Under the pieces are notes generated by a model, which was not told the origin of the DNA, ran no database searches, and saw only the letters and a program-made list of their open reading frames with translations. A stretch of 64,000 bases of DNA from Mobula hypostoma (lineage: Eukaryota): the NCBI RefSeq assembly GCF_963921235.1, contig NC_086097.1, positions 95,110,001 to 95,174,000 of the forward strand. The letters are read 5' to 3'. The translations under genes were made by a program, and so were the position numbers. Below are positions 50,130 through 62,948 of the stretch, piece by piece (within the stretch, counting starts at the first letter, position 1; each line of letters begins with the position of its first letter).

Positions 50130-53100
50130 CTGTGTTCATTTATAGATAAGTAATGGCCTACCCAAAGTCAAAGCTTTGGCAAAATATTATTGGGTTCAAG
50201 GGAAAGAATCATGTGCTCAGGCTTTCAACCCAAACAAAGGAAACCAACAGCATGAATGGCAGACTGGGAAAAGTGGAAAGACAAGGACCATCTTTTCCAG
50301 AAATATGATGTGCTTTGCAACAAAAATACATCTCTTTACAGAAACACAAGTGGTCCAGGAGACCAAAGAGGCAGCAGGTGCTGGAACCCAGAGGAAAAGA
50401 TAAACTGCTAGAGAGTAGTCAATGGGTGACGAAGCAATTGTAGAGGCAAAAGGAAAGTCAATGTTTTGGGTCAAGGCCCTGCATTAGGGCTGAGACCATG
50501 AAATAAAAGTGAAAGGAAGCTATGAGACAGAGGCTGGGAAGTGATAGGGGGCCAGTACATAGAAGCAGGAGAGAGTATCAAATCTAGTGAAAATACTTAT
50601 AAAGTTTTCAGACAGAATTGCAAGTCCAGAGACTGTAATTATTTTAGAATTACTTTAAGGAATGACTAAGACATTGCTTAGGGAAGAAAAAAACGTTTAC
50701 GAGACTAAACAGTCAACATGAGCTTCTGTAAGTTATGTATTGGTTGAAGTACAAGTGTGCAATTTTAATATTCTTTATAGATGAAGATAGAAAGAAATTG
50801 CAACTGAAATAAAGAAATAACAGATGAATTAGACAAATAATTTGTATTATATTCAAAGAAGACACAAAAACTTTCTGAGATACCCGAGATCCAAGAGTCA
50901 AGAGCATGTAAAGTGAAAAAAAATTAGTGCCATTAAAGAAAAACTACTAGATACATCAATTCCTAGGTCTGAAAACAGGAAAATTCCCAAGAACATGATA
51001 GAATTTTGAAAGAAAATCAGAAATGCTGGAAGATCTCAGCCAGTTAAACAGCATCTGTGGAAAGGGAAACCAGTCAATGTTTGGGACAATCAAGACTCTT
51101 CAGACCTGGGCACAGAGTTTTCAAAGTATAGCTGGGTGACAAGTGAATTGCAAGACTTACAATCATATGGTTGGCTAGACTAGACTGGAAGAAGTACAAG
51201 TGAATTGCTGCTTCACTTGGAATGACTATTGAGTCCTTGGCTGGTGGGGAAGGAAAGAGGGCAGTTGGAACATCTCCTCCAAATGCATTGGGAAAATGCC
51301 ATGGGATGGGCAGTGGCGGGTAGTAACAGAACGTGGACCAGAGAGTCACAGAGTGACTGCAAAATGCAGAAAGTCAAGGAGAGGGGAAGATGTGACTGGT
51401 AGCCGGAAAATATTGTAACAGGCAGATATTGCAAAGCAATTGCTATGTTGAAAGCAATAGCTCACGGGGTGAAAGCTGAATATCAGAGAACCTCTGTCCT
51501 AGCAGAGAGGGGATGAAAATAGATATGCAGGAAATAGAAAAAATGTGGTTTAGAGCTCCATCTACTATGGTAAAGAGGAAGCAATGTTTCAATAAGAAGA
51601 AAGCCATTCAGAGCCACCTGGGGGAAGGCTAGATGTTCCTTAAATGAGAGTAACTCTCTCCATCACCTCTTCAGGTAGCACAATTCAGTCATTCAGACCC
51701 TATCCCTCTGTATGAAATAGTTCCCCTCAGACCTCCTCTAAACCTCTCACCTCTCATCTTAAATCTATATTGTACCTGCAGATCACAGAGCTGTCAAGAA
51801 TGGAATTAGTTTCACACTCTATTTGTATCCTGAAACTTTCCTTCACTCAAGGGATTTTGGTGATGGAACCTGCTTTTATCATTGTATCTCCAGTTGAGTT
51901 CTGCTTCATTTTAGAGACGCAGCAGTACCTCCTCCACCTCACTTATATAAACAGTACGTTGAGAAAAGCGTAGTCTCTGTTAAGAAACAGCAATCTTCTT
52001 GAGGATTAGACAACTAAATGTGGATCTGGGAAGTAATGTTTGCTGCCAAAGTAGAAGGTTGGTGATCTCACATCCACGGACAGGCATGGGAGTTGGTCTA
52101 TTAAAACAGCTCTCTCAGCAGGCCCAAGCTCTACATGTGGTGGACCACCAACAGCTCCGAAGCGCTAAGCAATTTGGAGCATTGCACTAGGGGCTCCCTA
52201 CAGCCAAAACGCTAGAGAAAAAAATCAAATATAAACAGGGAATATTGGAAAAGATTCAGCATGTCAGGCAGCATCTGTGTGATGAATAAGACCCTTTGAT
52301 AAAATGAGAAAGAGAGAAAACAAGTTAGTCTTCAGCAGGGTAGAAGGTAAGGGAGAGATGGGTAGGGTACAGGGAATATCTCTGCTGGAGTGAGGCCACA
52401 TGAGGTAATGTGGTAGTCAGAAGCAAACTATGCTCCTTTCTGCTAATGGCAGGGCTGTGGGGCATGTCCAGCATTCCGCAGCATAATAATGGTGATAAAT
52501 AAACTGAGCTTGAGAGAACAATTCTGCTCCTCTCCTCTGTTGATCTACTCCATTCTTTTTCTCGGTGTCTCAGTTTAAAGGCCTTTCCTCTAACACTGCA
52601 ACAGTGCCTCAGCCTTGTACTGGATCTCCAGATGAGTTTGTGGTCAGGTTGTTTGGAGCAGATTTTGAACTCCTGCCCATCTGACCCAGAGGCGAGATTG
52701 GTAGAAAATGAGCCACAATTTACATCAGACAGAGCTAAAGAATTGTTAGGTAAATATTGCAATAAAGATATTAAATAATGTTAGAATGAGCCATGAGACA
52801 ATTCAGCCAATTCCTTCTGACCAGCAATTGATTTTATATACAATTTTGAAGGAGTGGAATGAAAGGAATGGAAACCTCATAACTAAGTAATTCCTCCTAT
52901 AACCTTAGGCTACTACAAAGTGTTTTTTATTTTTTATTAATTTAGAAATACAGCACAGAACAGGCTCTTCTAGTCCAACAAGCTGCACCACTCAGCCACC
53001 CAGCTATTTAACCCTAACCTAATCACAGCACAATTTACAATGACTAATTAGCCTATTAACTGGCACATCTTTGGAATGTGGGGGGAAACCAGAGCACCCA

Positions 53101-53414
53101 GAGGAAATCCACACATCAACGGGGTGATTGTACAAACTCCTTAGAGACATGCTGGAATTAAACCCCGAACTCCGATGCCCAGAGCTGTAATAACACTGCG
53201 CTAACCACATTTTATTGCGCAGTCACTGTTGTAACATAGAATCTGTGACACTCAACAAGGGACTGACAAACGGGAATGAATCAGATGAAGGGTTCATGAA
53301 TGCTGGTAAGAAGTAAATGGAAGGAACCTGACTTCCCTTCCCTATCTTCAGAGTACACGTCCAGAAAGGGAGGACAGAGCTCCTTCAGCACTGAAATAGA
53401 ACTTCAGCCTTCAA

Positions 53415-56400
53415 TATACTCAAAATTTCAAAGTTAATTTATTACCAAAGTACAAATATATCACCATGTACAACCCTGAGATCTGTTTCCTTGCAGGCAC
53501 ACACAGTAAATCCAAGAAGCACAATAGAACCAAAGGTCACACTCAACAAGACAGACAAACAACCAACGTGTAAAAGACAACAAAATCTGCAAATACAAAA
53601 CAGAAAAAAAGAAAAAAATAATAATAAATGAATAAGCAATAAATATCAAAAACATGTGATGAAGAATCCTTGAAAGTGAGCCTATAGGTTGCGGGAACAG
53701 TTCGGTGACTGGGCGAGTGAAGTTATCCCCTTTGGTTCAAGAGCTAGCTGGTTGAGGGGCAATAACTATTCCTGAACTTGGTGGTGTGGGTCCTGATGCT
53801 TCTGCACATTCTTCTGATGGCACAGTGAGGAGGGAGCACAGCCTGGATGGTGGGGGTCCTTGATGATGGATATTGCTTTCCTGCAACAGCTCTCCAAGTA
53901 GGTGTGCTCAGTACTGAGGAGGGCCGTATCCCCTACTTTTTGTAGGATTTTCAGTTTGAGGGCATAAGTGTTTCCATACTAAGCCATGATGCAACCACTC
54001 CATATGCTCTCCACCTCACATCTATAGATTTTGTCAAAATTTTAGAGGTCATGCCAAATCTTGGTAAACTTCTAAGGGAGTAGAGGCACTGCGTGTTTTC
54101 TTCATAATTGCACTTACGTGCTGGGCCCAGGACAGGTTCTTCCGAAATGATAATACCAAGAAATTTAAAGTTGCTGACCCTCTCCACCTCTGATTCTCCC
54201 GAAGAGTCCTGGCTCATGGGCTTCCAATTTCCTCCTCCTGAAGTAACCAGTCAACTCCTTGGTCTTGCTGACATTGAGTAAGAAGTTACTGTGGCACCAC
54301 TCAGCCAGTTTTTAAATCTCCCGCCTACATTCTGATTCATCACCACCTTTGATTCATTCAACGACAGTGGTGTTGTCAGCAAACTTAAATATGGCATTGG
54401 CGCTGTGCTTAGCCACACAGTCATAAGTATAAAGCATGAAGAGCAGGGGGCTAAGTATAAACCCCATTTCCAGAAAAGTTGGGATATTTTCCAAAATACA
54501 ATAAAAACAAAAATCTGTGATATGTTAATTCACATGAACCTTTATTTAACTGACAAAAGTACAAAGAAAAGATTTCCAATAGATTTACTGACCAACTTAA
54601 TTGTATTTTGTAAACATACACAAATTTAGAATTTGATGGCTGCAACACACTCAACAAAAGTTGGGACTGAGACATGTTTACCATTGTGTTACATCATCTT
54701 TCCTTTTAATAACACTTTTTAATCATTTTGGGACTGAGGATACTAATTGTAGTAGATTTGCAATTGGAAATTTGTCCATTCTTGCTTGATATAAGACCTC
54801 AGTTGCTCAACAATCCGTGGTGTCCGTTGTCTGATTCTCCTCTTCATGATGCGCCATACATTTTCAATAGGAGATAGATCTGGACTGGCAGCAGGCCAGT
54901 CAAGCACACGCACTCTGTGTCTACAAAGCCACGCTGTTGTAGCCCGTGCAGAATGTGGTCTGGCATTGTCCTGCTGAAATAAGCACGGACGTCCCGGGAA
55001 GAGACGTCGCCTTGATGGCAACATATGTCTCTCTAAAATCCTAATATACACCTCAGAGTCAATGGTACCTTCACATACATGCAACTCACCCATGCTGTGG
55101 GCACTGATGCACCCCCATACCATCACAGATGCTGGCTTTTGCACCTTTCGCTGATAACAATCTGGATGGTCATTTTCATCTTTGGCATGGAGAACTCGAC
55201 GCCCATTTTTTCCGAAAACTAGCTGAAATGTGGACTCATCTGACCACAGCACATGGTTCCAGTCTTTCGGTCCATCTGAGATGAGCTCAGGCCCAGAGAA
55301 CTTGCCGGCGTTTCTGCATAGAGTTGACGTATTTGTTCCTCCTGGCATAATACAGTTTCAAGTTGCATTTCTGGATGCAGCAATGGACTGTGTTGAATGA
55401 CAATGGTTTTCCGAAGTACTCCCGAGCCCAGGTGGCTATAATTGTCACAGTAACATGACGGTTTCTTAGGCAGTGCTGCCTGAGGGCTCGAAGATCACGC
55501 GCATTCAACAGTGGTTTTCGACCTTGCCCTTTACGCACTGAGATGTCTCTGAATTCTCTGAATCTTTTCACAATATTATGTACTGTAGATGGTGAAAGAC
55601 CTAAATTCTCTGCAATCTTGAGTTGAGAAATGTTCCTTTTGAACTGACTAAAAATTCTCTCACTAATTTGGCACAAAGGGGTGAGTCACGACCCATCCTT
55701 GCTTGCAAAGACTGAGCCTTTGATGGACGCTACTTTTACACCCAGTCATGATACCTCACCTGCTACCAATTAGCCTGCTTAATGTGGAGTCTTCCAAACC
55801 AGTGTTACTTGAATATTCTGTGCACTTTTCAATCTTATTTTAACTCTGTCCCAACTTTTGTTGAGTGTGTTACAGCCATCAAATTCTAAATTTGTGTATA
55901 TTTACAAAATACAATTAAGTTGGTCAGTAAAACTATTGAAAATCTTTTCTTTGTACTTCTGTCAGTTAAATAAAGGTTCATGTGAATTAACATATCACAG
56001 ATTTTTGTTTTTATTGCATTTTGGAAAATATCCCAACTTTTCTGGAAATGGGGTTTGTACATAGACTCCTGATTTATGCATCTTTGCTGTCCAGATGTTC
56101 CAAGATTGAGTGAAGAGCCAATAAAATGGTATCTGCCATGGACCTGCTGTGCTGGTAGGCAAATTGGAGCAGATCTAAGGCATTTCTCAGGCAGGAGTTG
56201 ATATGTTTCATCACCAACCTCTCAAAGCACTTCATCACATTGGATGTAAATGCTACCAGACAATAATTATCCAGGCAGGTTACCATGTTCTTCCTTAACA
56301 CCTGTAAAATTGAAGTCTGCTTGAAGCAGGGGGGTACCTCAGAGTACGGAAAGAGGACACTAAAGATGTCAGTGAACACTCCAGCCAGTTGATCAGCACA

Positions 56401-57540
56401 GGCTTTTAGCACTCAGCCAGGAACTCCATCTGGGCCGGATGCGTTCCGTGTGTTCATCCTACTGAAGGCTGCTTTCACGTCGGCCACAGAGACTGAAATT
56501 ACAGGGTCATTGGCGGATGTGGGAGTTAATGATGGTTCCTCCAGGTTTTGACGGTCAAGGTGAGCACAGAAGGCATTGAGCTCAACTGGGAGCGAAGCCT
56601 TGTTGTCACCAATGTCACCTTGGTTTCACTTTGTGAGAGGTAATAGCATTCAAGCCCTGCCACAGATGTCAAGCATCTTCAGTTATTCAAGTTTAGTCCA
56701 GAATTGCCACAACATAGTGAGATCGTTTTCTGGAGATTGTATCTGAACCTCAGCAGATTATGGATCTCATGGTTCATTCAGGGCTTCTGGTTAGGGAAGA
56801 CTCTGAATGATTTTGTGGGGACACGGTCATCTAAGATTGTTCTTATGAAGTCCATGACAACTTCATTCAGATCCTCTGACGAGTCCTTGAACGCAGCCCA
56901 GACCACTGACTCAAAACAAGCCCGTAGCTGCTCCTCTGCCTCCCACGACCACCACTTTGTTGTCCTTATCTCTGAAGCCATGTCCTTTAGCCTCTGCTGG
57001 TATGTAGGTCGGAGAAGGACAGCCAAGTGATCAGATTTCCTGAAAAGCAGTCAAGGCATGGAATGCTAAGCATTCCTTATTGTAGTACAGCAGTGGCCAA
57101 GTATGTTGTGACCTCTGGTGCTACAGGTTATTTGCTGATGGTACTCGGCCAGGGATTTCTTCAAACAAGCTTGGTTGGACTGTTTCTTGTTTGGTGATAG
57201 CAGTATTCGATGTCTCAAATGCCTGATCAATGTTGGCTTTTGGTGATACTGGGTAGAAGATCTTGCATTGATTGGTCTTTTAGTTTGGCTTGGAGTCCAC
57301 TGCTCCCCCCCAGCCACTTAAAGGTGCCGTACCTGTATGCTTGAGAGTTAAGCCCGCGGAGTCCTTCAGAAGACCCTGAAATTTCTAGTTCACTGAGACG
57401 GTACAAAAGTATGTTGCTTAAAGGTAAATTACATGCTGCAGATTGCAGTGAGCGTAATTCAAGAGAGGTATATTTAGAAGTTGTGTAAGCAGCTTGTAAT
57501 ATATCATCGTGGTTCAGGGGTTCACCAGCACCATCTTGTT
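53415..57540 (-). mobile_element. Degenerate, long Rex1/Babar LINE interrupted by Tc1
   Basis: LKACADQLAGVF, FKFLG and SDHLAVLL remnants, a (ttgaa)-type tail, and a 5' caagatggtg motif. Confidence 0.8.
54458..56057 (-). mobile_element. Full-length 1.6-kb Tc1 transposon with ~210-bp TIRs and a frameshifted transposase
   Basis: TA|TAAACCCCATTTCCAGAAAAGTTGGG…CCCAACTTTTCTGGAAATGGGGTTTG|TA. Motifs VLWSDES, QQDNARPH and SPDLSPIENVW (DD34E), plus an N-terminal HTH. Confidence 0.95.
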
Positions 57541-58545
57541 CAGTTGGATATAAGGTTCAAATCCACAGACTGCTGACTCATAGTGCATGGTGTCATGGAA
57601 TCATACAGCCGGGCAAAAGGCCCTTGGCCCAACTTGTCCACGTCAACATAGATGCCCATCTAAACTAGTCCATTTGACTGCTTTTGGCCCATATCCTTCT
57701 AACCATGTGTCTGCCCGAATGCTTAATGACATCTATGCTTTAACAGGGCAGCCAAAACTATATTTCACGTCCGACCTTACTGTCACTTTTTTACAAATAA
57801 CTTGAATGAGAACACTGTACAGTTAGAGCTTGGAGGGGAAAGACACTGCACAGAAACGGTCCCTTTGGCCTATCGACTGTGCCTATCCATTTACATTAAT
57901 CCAATATTCTTCCCATTTTTCATTCTCCCCACATTTTTACCAGATTCTACCACTCACCAACAACACAGGGGCAATTTACAGTCATTAATTTACCTATCAA
58001 CCTGTATGTCTGTGGGATGAGGGAGGAGACCTTTGTGGTCACAAGGAGAACATGGAAATTCCATTCAGCACCCAAGGTCAGGATTGAACCCAAGTCTGTA
58101 GTGTTGTGAGGCAGCAGACCTAGGAGCTGTGCACTGTGCTGCCCAGTATGCGAGGTCTCCTCCTCCTGTTTTAAAATTACTATGCTAGTCATTCTAAAAC
58201 TGAGAACATGAAATATGTTTGTGTTATTCTGAGATGCACGGTCTTTGAGACAGAGGAGAGAACGGGGGTCAGTCAGAAACCTGCAGCACACACACCTGAT
58301 TAATGTGCTGCTGTGTGCTACAAAGGAAGTGGATAAATAGTAATTTGGGCTGATAGAGAAGCAACTAGCTTTTACAGTTTTTTTTGCAAACTATTACCAA
58401 CAGCTTCTCTTCACTCTTACTGATTGGAGCTCTGCATACTGCCCCTGTGGTCAAGATCTTTAACCTCGTGTGGCAACCCACATATTGAAATGGAGGCTTT
58501 GTTTCTTCTGCCGCCGCTCTGGCTTGCAGCCCCTGAGAGTCTCAC

Positions 58546-58664
58546 CTGCCTGCTGTGGTAGTCCAGATACTGCATAATGAGCCTGGTGTTGACACTGTGG
58601 CTCCACGTGTTTCCCAAGGCTGCAGTTGCATAGCCCGTTTCTCCATCAGGGCTAACCCCACAAC
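58546..58664 (-). CDS. RAD51B: RAD51B coding exon (119 nt, equivalent to human exon 9): (G)CGVSPDGETGYATAALGNTWSHSVNTRLIMQYLDYHSRQ
   Basis: Contains the RAD51B motif AALGNTWSHSVNTRL. Acceptor is ttgctcttgcttgcag|GT and donor is CAG|gtgag. It splices in frame to 4845-4923, giving …RQ|IIVAKSP…. Confidence 0.95.
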
Positions 58665-59753
58665 CTGCAAGCAAGAGCAAAGCACAGAAAGTAATTTAGC
58701 AGAAAGTGACAAAGCAAACTTCATTTATTGCTGACGTTTTGTGGTGGTGAACCTAATCAACAGTGGGGCTGAAATACCTTTATCAAGTACTCCTCAGCAA
58801 ACCTGTAGAACAGGGTAGAACAAAGCAAAAGAATTAAGTATTGTATATCTGAAGCATTTTCACATTTGCATTGTAGTAAATGCAGCAGCCAATTTATGCA
58901 CAGCAAGCTACCACAAACAGTAACCAGGCTTTTTTAGTGCTAAATTCTGGTCAGGAGGCCTGAGGTAGACAGCCATGCTATTCATTGAATAGTGCCAGAG
59001 GATCTTTCAAGTTCAGCCTGAGGAGAGAGACGGGTTTCAAATGAGCCTCACATTGAAAAGATAGCATCTGCAAAAGTACAACAATCCCTCAGTTGTGCAC
59101 TGGAGGATTATAAAAAATCGCCTATTCCAGTCTCTGGAAAGAAAGTTCAAAGTTCAAGTTCACAGTAAATTTATTATCAAAGTACAAATATGTTACCTAT
59201 ACTACTTTGAGATTCATTTTCTTGCAGGCACGTTTGAGAAAAAAAAAGTAGTAGAATTTTACAAACAACTATATATAAACAGAAACTAGCAAACAACAAT
59301 GGCAAAAGAAGACAAAATAACACTGAAAAAAAGAGCCCTTGAAAGTGAGTCTGTAAGTTACAGAAACAGTTCTGAGTAGTGGTGAATGAAGTTATCCGTG
59401 CCGGTTCAAGAAGGGTACTAACTTCCGGTAAGGTGGCGGCTTCTACAGGGTTAACCAAAGGTGTTATTGTCCTTTTAAACTGTATTTATTATGATTGCAA
59501 GACCCTGCTGGACATTAAGAACTTATAGTATTGCAGGTCTGCCCTATCAGCGAGTTGCTTGTTGGTTTAGAAACTGAAAGAGCTGGTCGGTGCGGACCAT
59601 GGTGCTGCCCATGACACAGAGGCGTCGGTGCGTGAAAGAGGAGTGCTGTCAAACAGTAAGTGATTGTCTTAGTCGCTTTTCTTGCTATTGCAAGAAATGT
59701 TGGATATTCACGGTGTGGAATGCTGCAAGTCCAATTCATTGGTTTATTGGCAA

Positions 59754-62668
59754 ATAGTCATAGTCATACTTTATTGATCCTGGGGGAAATTGGTTTTCAT
59801 TACAGTTGCACCATAAATAATACATAGTAATAGTAATATTACTATTAGTAAATAGTAAATAGTAATAGTCATGGAAATAATAAATAGTAATAGAATAGTA
59901 ATAGAAAATAGTAATAAATAGTTAAATAGTAATATGTAAATTATGCCAGTAAATTATGAAATAAGTCCAGGACCAGCCTATTGGCTCAAGGTGTCTGACT
60001 CTCCAAGGGAGGAGTTGTAAAGTTTGATGGCCACAGGCAGGATTGACTTCCTATGACGCTCTGTGCTGCATCTCGGTGGAATGAGTCTCTGGCTGAATGT
60101 ACTCCTGTGCCCACCCAGTTCATTATGTAATGGATGGGAGACATTGAACAAGATGGCATGCAACTTGGACAGCATCCTCTTTTCAGACACCACCGTGAGA
60201 GAGTCCAGTTCCATCCCCACAACATCACTGGCCTTACGAATGAGTTTGTTGATTCTGTTGGTGTCTGCTACCCTCAGCCTGCTGCTCCAGCACACAACAG
60301 CAAACATGATAGCACTGGCCACCACAGACTCATAGAACATCCTCAGCATCGTCCAGCAGATGTTAAAGGACTTCAGTCTCCTCAGGAAATAGAGATGGCT
60401 CTGACCCTTCTTGTAGACAGCCTTAGTGTTCTTAGACCAGTCCAGTTTATTGTCAATTCGTATCCCCAGCTATTTGTAATCCTCCACCATGTCCACACTG
60501 ACCCCCTGGATGGAAACAGGGGTCACCGGTACCTTAGCTCTCCTCAGGTCTACCACCAGCTCCTTAGTCTTTTTCACATTAAGCTGCAGATAATTCTGCT
60601 CACACCATGTGACAAAGTTTCCTACCGTAGCCCTGTACTCAGCCTCATCTCCCTTGCTGATGCATCCAACTATGGCAGAGTCATCAGCAAACTTCTGAAG
60701 ATGACAAGAGTCTGTGCAGTAGTTGAAGTCCGAGGTGTAAATGGTGAAGAGAAAGGGAGACAAGACAGTCCCCTGTGTAGCCCCAGTGCTGCTGATCACT
60801 CTGTCGGACACACAGTGTTGCAAGCACACGTACTGTGGTCTGCCAGTCAGGTAATCAAGAATCCATGACACCAGGAAAGCATCCACCTGCATCGCTGTCA
60901 GCTTCTCCCCCAGCAGAGCAGGGCGGATGGTGTTGAACACACTGGAGAAGTCAAAAAACATGACCCTCACAGTGTTCGCTGGCTTATCCAGGTGGGCGTA
61001 GACACGGTTCAGCAGGTAGACGATGGCATCTTCAACTTCTAGTCGGGGTTGGTAGGCGAACTGGAAGGGACCTAAGTGTGGCCTGACCATAGGCCGGAGC
61101 AGCTCCACAACAAATCTCTCCAGGGTCTTCATGATGTGGGAGGTCAATGCCACCGGTCTGTAGTCATTGAGGCCGCTGGGGCGTGGCGTCTTCGGCACAG
61201 GGACGAGGCAGGATGTCTTCCACAGCAGAGGAACCCTCCGGAGCCTCAGGCTCAGGTTGAATACATGGCGAAGTACTCCACATAGCTGAAGGGCATAGGC
61301 TTTGAGCACCCTGGTACTGACACCATCCGGTCCTGCAGCCTTGCTTGGGTTGAGACGTTTCAGCTGTCTTCTCACCTGTTCAGCTGTGAAGCCCACCGTG
61401 GTGGTTTCACGTGGGGAAGGGGTATAGTCATGAGAACAGGGTGGGGGACTGTGAGGAGGAGTAGGAGGGGAGAGTGGAATATGTGTTGGTTGGGGGCCGA
61501 CAACAGATGGCTCATGTGGGGGATGGGCAGGGGTCACAATGTCAAATCTGTTAAAGAACAGATTTCTCTCCCAGTAAAATGCGTGGTCTCCCAGTAGCCA
61601 CGCATTTTAGTTCTGCGTCCCATTCCCATTCTGACGTGTCTATCCATGGCCTCCTCTACTGTAAAGATGAAGCCACACTCAGGTTGGAGGAACAGCACCT
61701 TATATTCCGTCTGGGTAGCCTCCAACCTGATGGCATGAACATCGACTTCTCTAACCTCCGCTGATGCCCCACCTCCCCCTCATACCCCATCCGTTATTTA
61801 TTTTTATACACACATTCTTTCTCTCACTCTCCTTTTTCTCCCTCTGTCCCTCTGACTGTGCCTCTTGCCCATCCTCTGGGTCCCCCCCACCCCCGTCTTT
61901 CTCCCCGGACCTCCTGTCCCATGGTCCTCTCGTGTCCCCTTTGCCGGTCGCCTGTCCAGCTCTTGGCTCCATCCCTCCCCCTCCTGTCTTCTCCTATCAT
62001 TTTGGACCTCCCCATCCCCCTCTCACATCTCTTACTAACTTCTTCCTTCAGTTAGTCCTGACGAAGGGTCTCAGCCTGAAACATCGACTGTACCTCTTCC
62101 TAGAGATGCTGCCTGACCTGCTGCGTTCACCAGCAACTTTGATGTGTGTGGCCTGAAACGTCGACTGTACCTCTTCCTAGAGATGCTGCCTGACCTGCTG
62201 CGTTCACCAGCAACTTTGATGTGTGTTGCTTGAATTTCCAGCATCTGCAGAATTCCTGTTGTTAGCACTGATAAAGAACAGGTTAAGTTCATTGGCCCTG
62301 TCCACACTGCCTTCAGCTCCTCTGTTGCTAGTTTGCCGAAACCCAGTGATGGTCCTCATCCCACTCCAGACCTCTCTCATGTTGTTCTGCTGGAGTTTCC
62401 ACTCAAGCTTCCTCCTGTACCTGTCTTTAGCCTCCCTGATCCTGGCTTTCAGGTCCCTCTGTATTGCCCTCAGCTCCTCCCTTTTTCCATCTCTAAACGC
62501 CCACTTTTTAGCGTTCAGGATGTCCTTAATGTCCTTTGTCACCCATGGCTTGTTACCTGAATAACAAAGGACAGTTCTTGTCAGAACATTGCAGTCCACA
62601 CAGAAGTTAATGTAATCAGTGATGCATTCTGTGAGCCCATCAATATCCTCTCCATGTGGCTCACAGAG
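59754..62668 (-). mobile_element. Young Rex1/Babar LINE (same family as 35409-37757) interrupted by Penelope
   Basis: ORFs 62204-62683, 60470-61537 and 59978-60349. An (aatagt)n expansion lies in the 3' UTR. Confidence 0.92.
61562..62271 (+). mobile_element. Penelope-like insertion with a tandemly repeated 3' terminus
   Basis: 10-bp TSD TAAAGAACAG at 61552-61561 and 62272-62281, a GIY-YIG C-terminus, and a ~77-bp terminal duplication. Confidence 0.88.
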
Positions 62669-62695
62669 GCAGGGGAGGCACAAATGGCAGGGGAG

Positions 62696-62948
62696 CTGTG
62701 AGGCCTTGGTCGTAGCAAGGACTAGGCCTCAAACCACGGTGTCACCTGTGAGGCCTTGGTCGTAGCAAGGACTAGGCCTCAAACCGCGGTGTCACCTGTG
62801 AGGCCTTGGTCGCAGCAAGGACTAGGCCTCAAACCGAGTGTCACCTGTGAGGCTTTGGTCGTGGCAAGGACTAGGCCTCAAACCGCGGTGTCACCTGTGA
62901 GGCTTTGGTCGTGGCAAGGACTAGGCCTCAAACCACGGTGTCACCTGT
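62696..62948. repeat. 50-bp GC-rich minisatellite, about 5 copies
   Basis: Unit ctgtgaggccttggtcgtagcaaggactaggcctcaaaccgcggtgtcac. Confidence 0.95.

Larger units (their letters stand above)
39020..51433 (-). repeat. Right arm of the long inverted duplication (homologous parts ~39020-40236, 42430-43020, 50130-51433)
   Basis: Collinear inverted match to the left arm once the Rex1 and Gypsy insertions are removed. Confidence 0.92.
4924..58545 (-). other. RAD51B: RAD51B intron (~53.6 kb, GT-AG, phase 0)
   Basis: Lies between two exons whose peptides are contiguous in the known protein. Confidence 0.9.

Noticed and set aside
60134..60868. 244-aa plus-strand ORF and similar long ORFs opposite LINE or Gypsy coding regions
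   Set aside because: They are antisense shadows of retroelement ORFs.
62696..62948. Palindromic repeat array resembling CRISPR or tandem hammerheads
   Set aside because: There are no unique spacers and no cas genes, and the context is vertebrate. The CUGANGA and GAAA cores are not intact.
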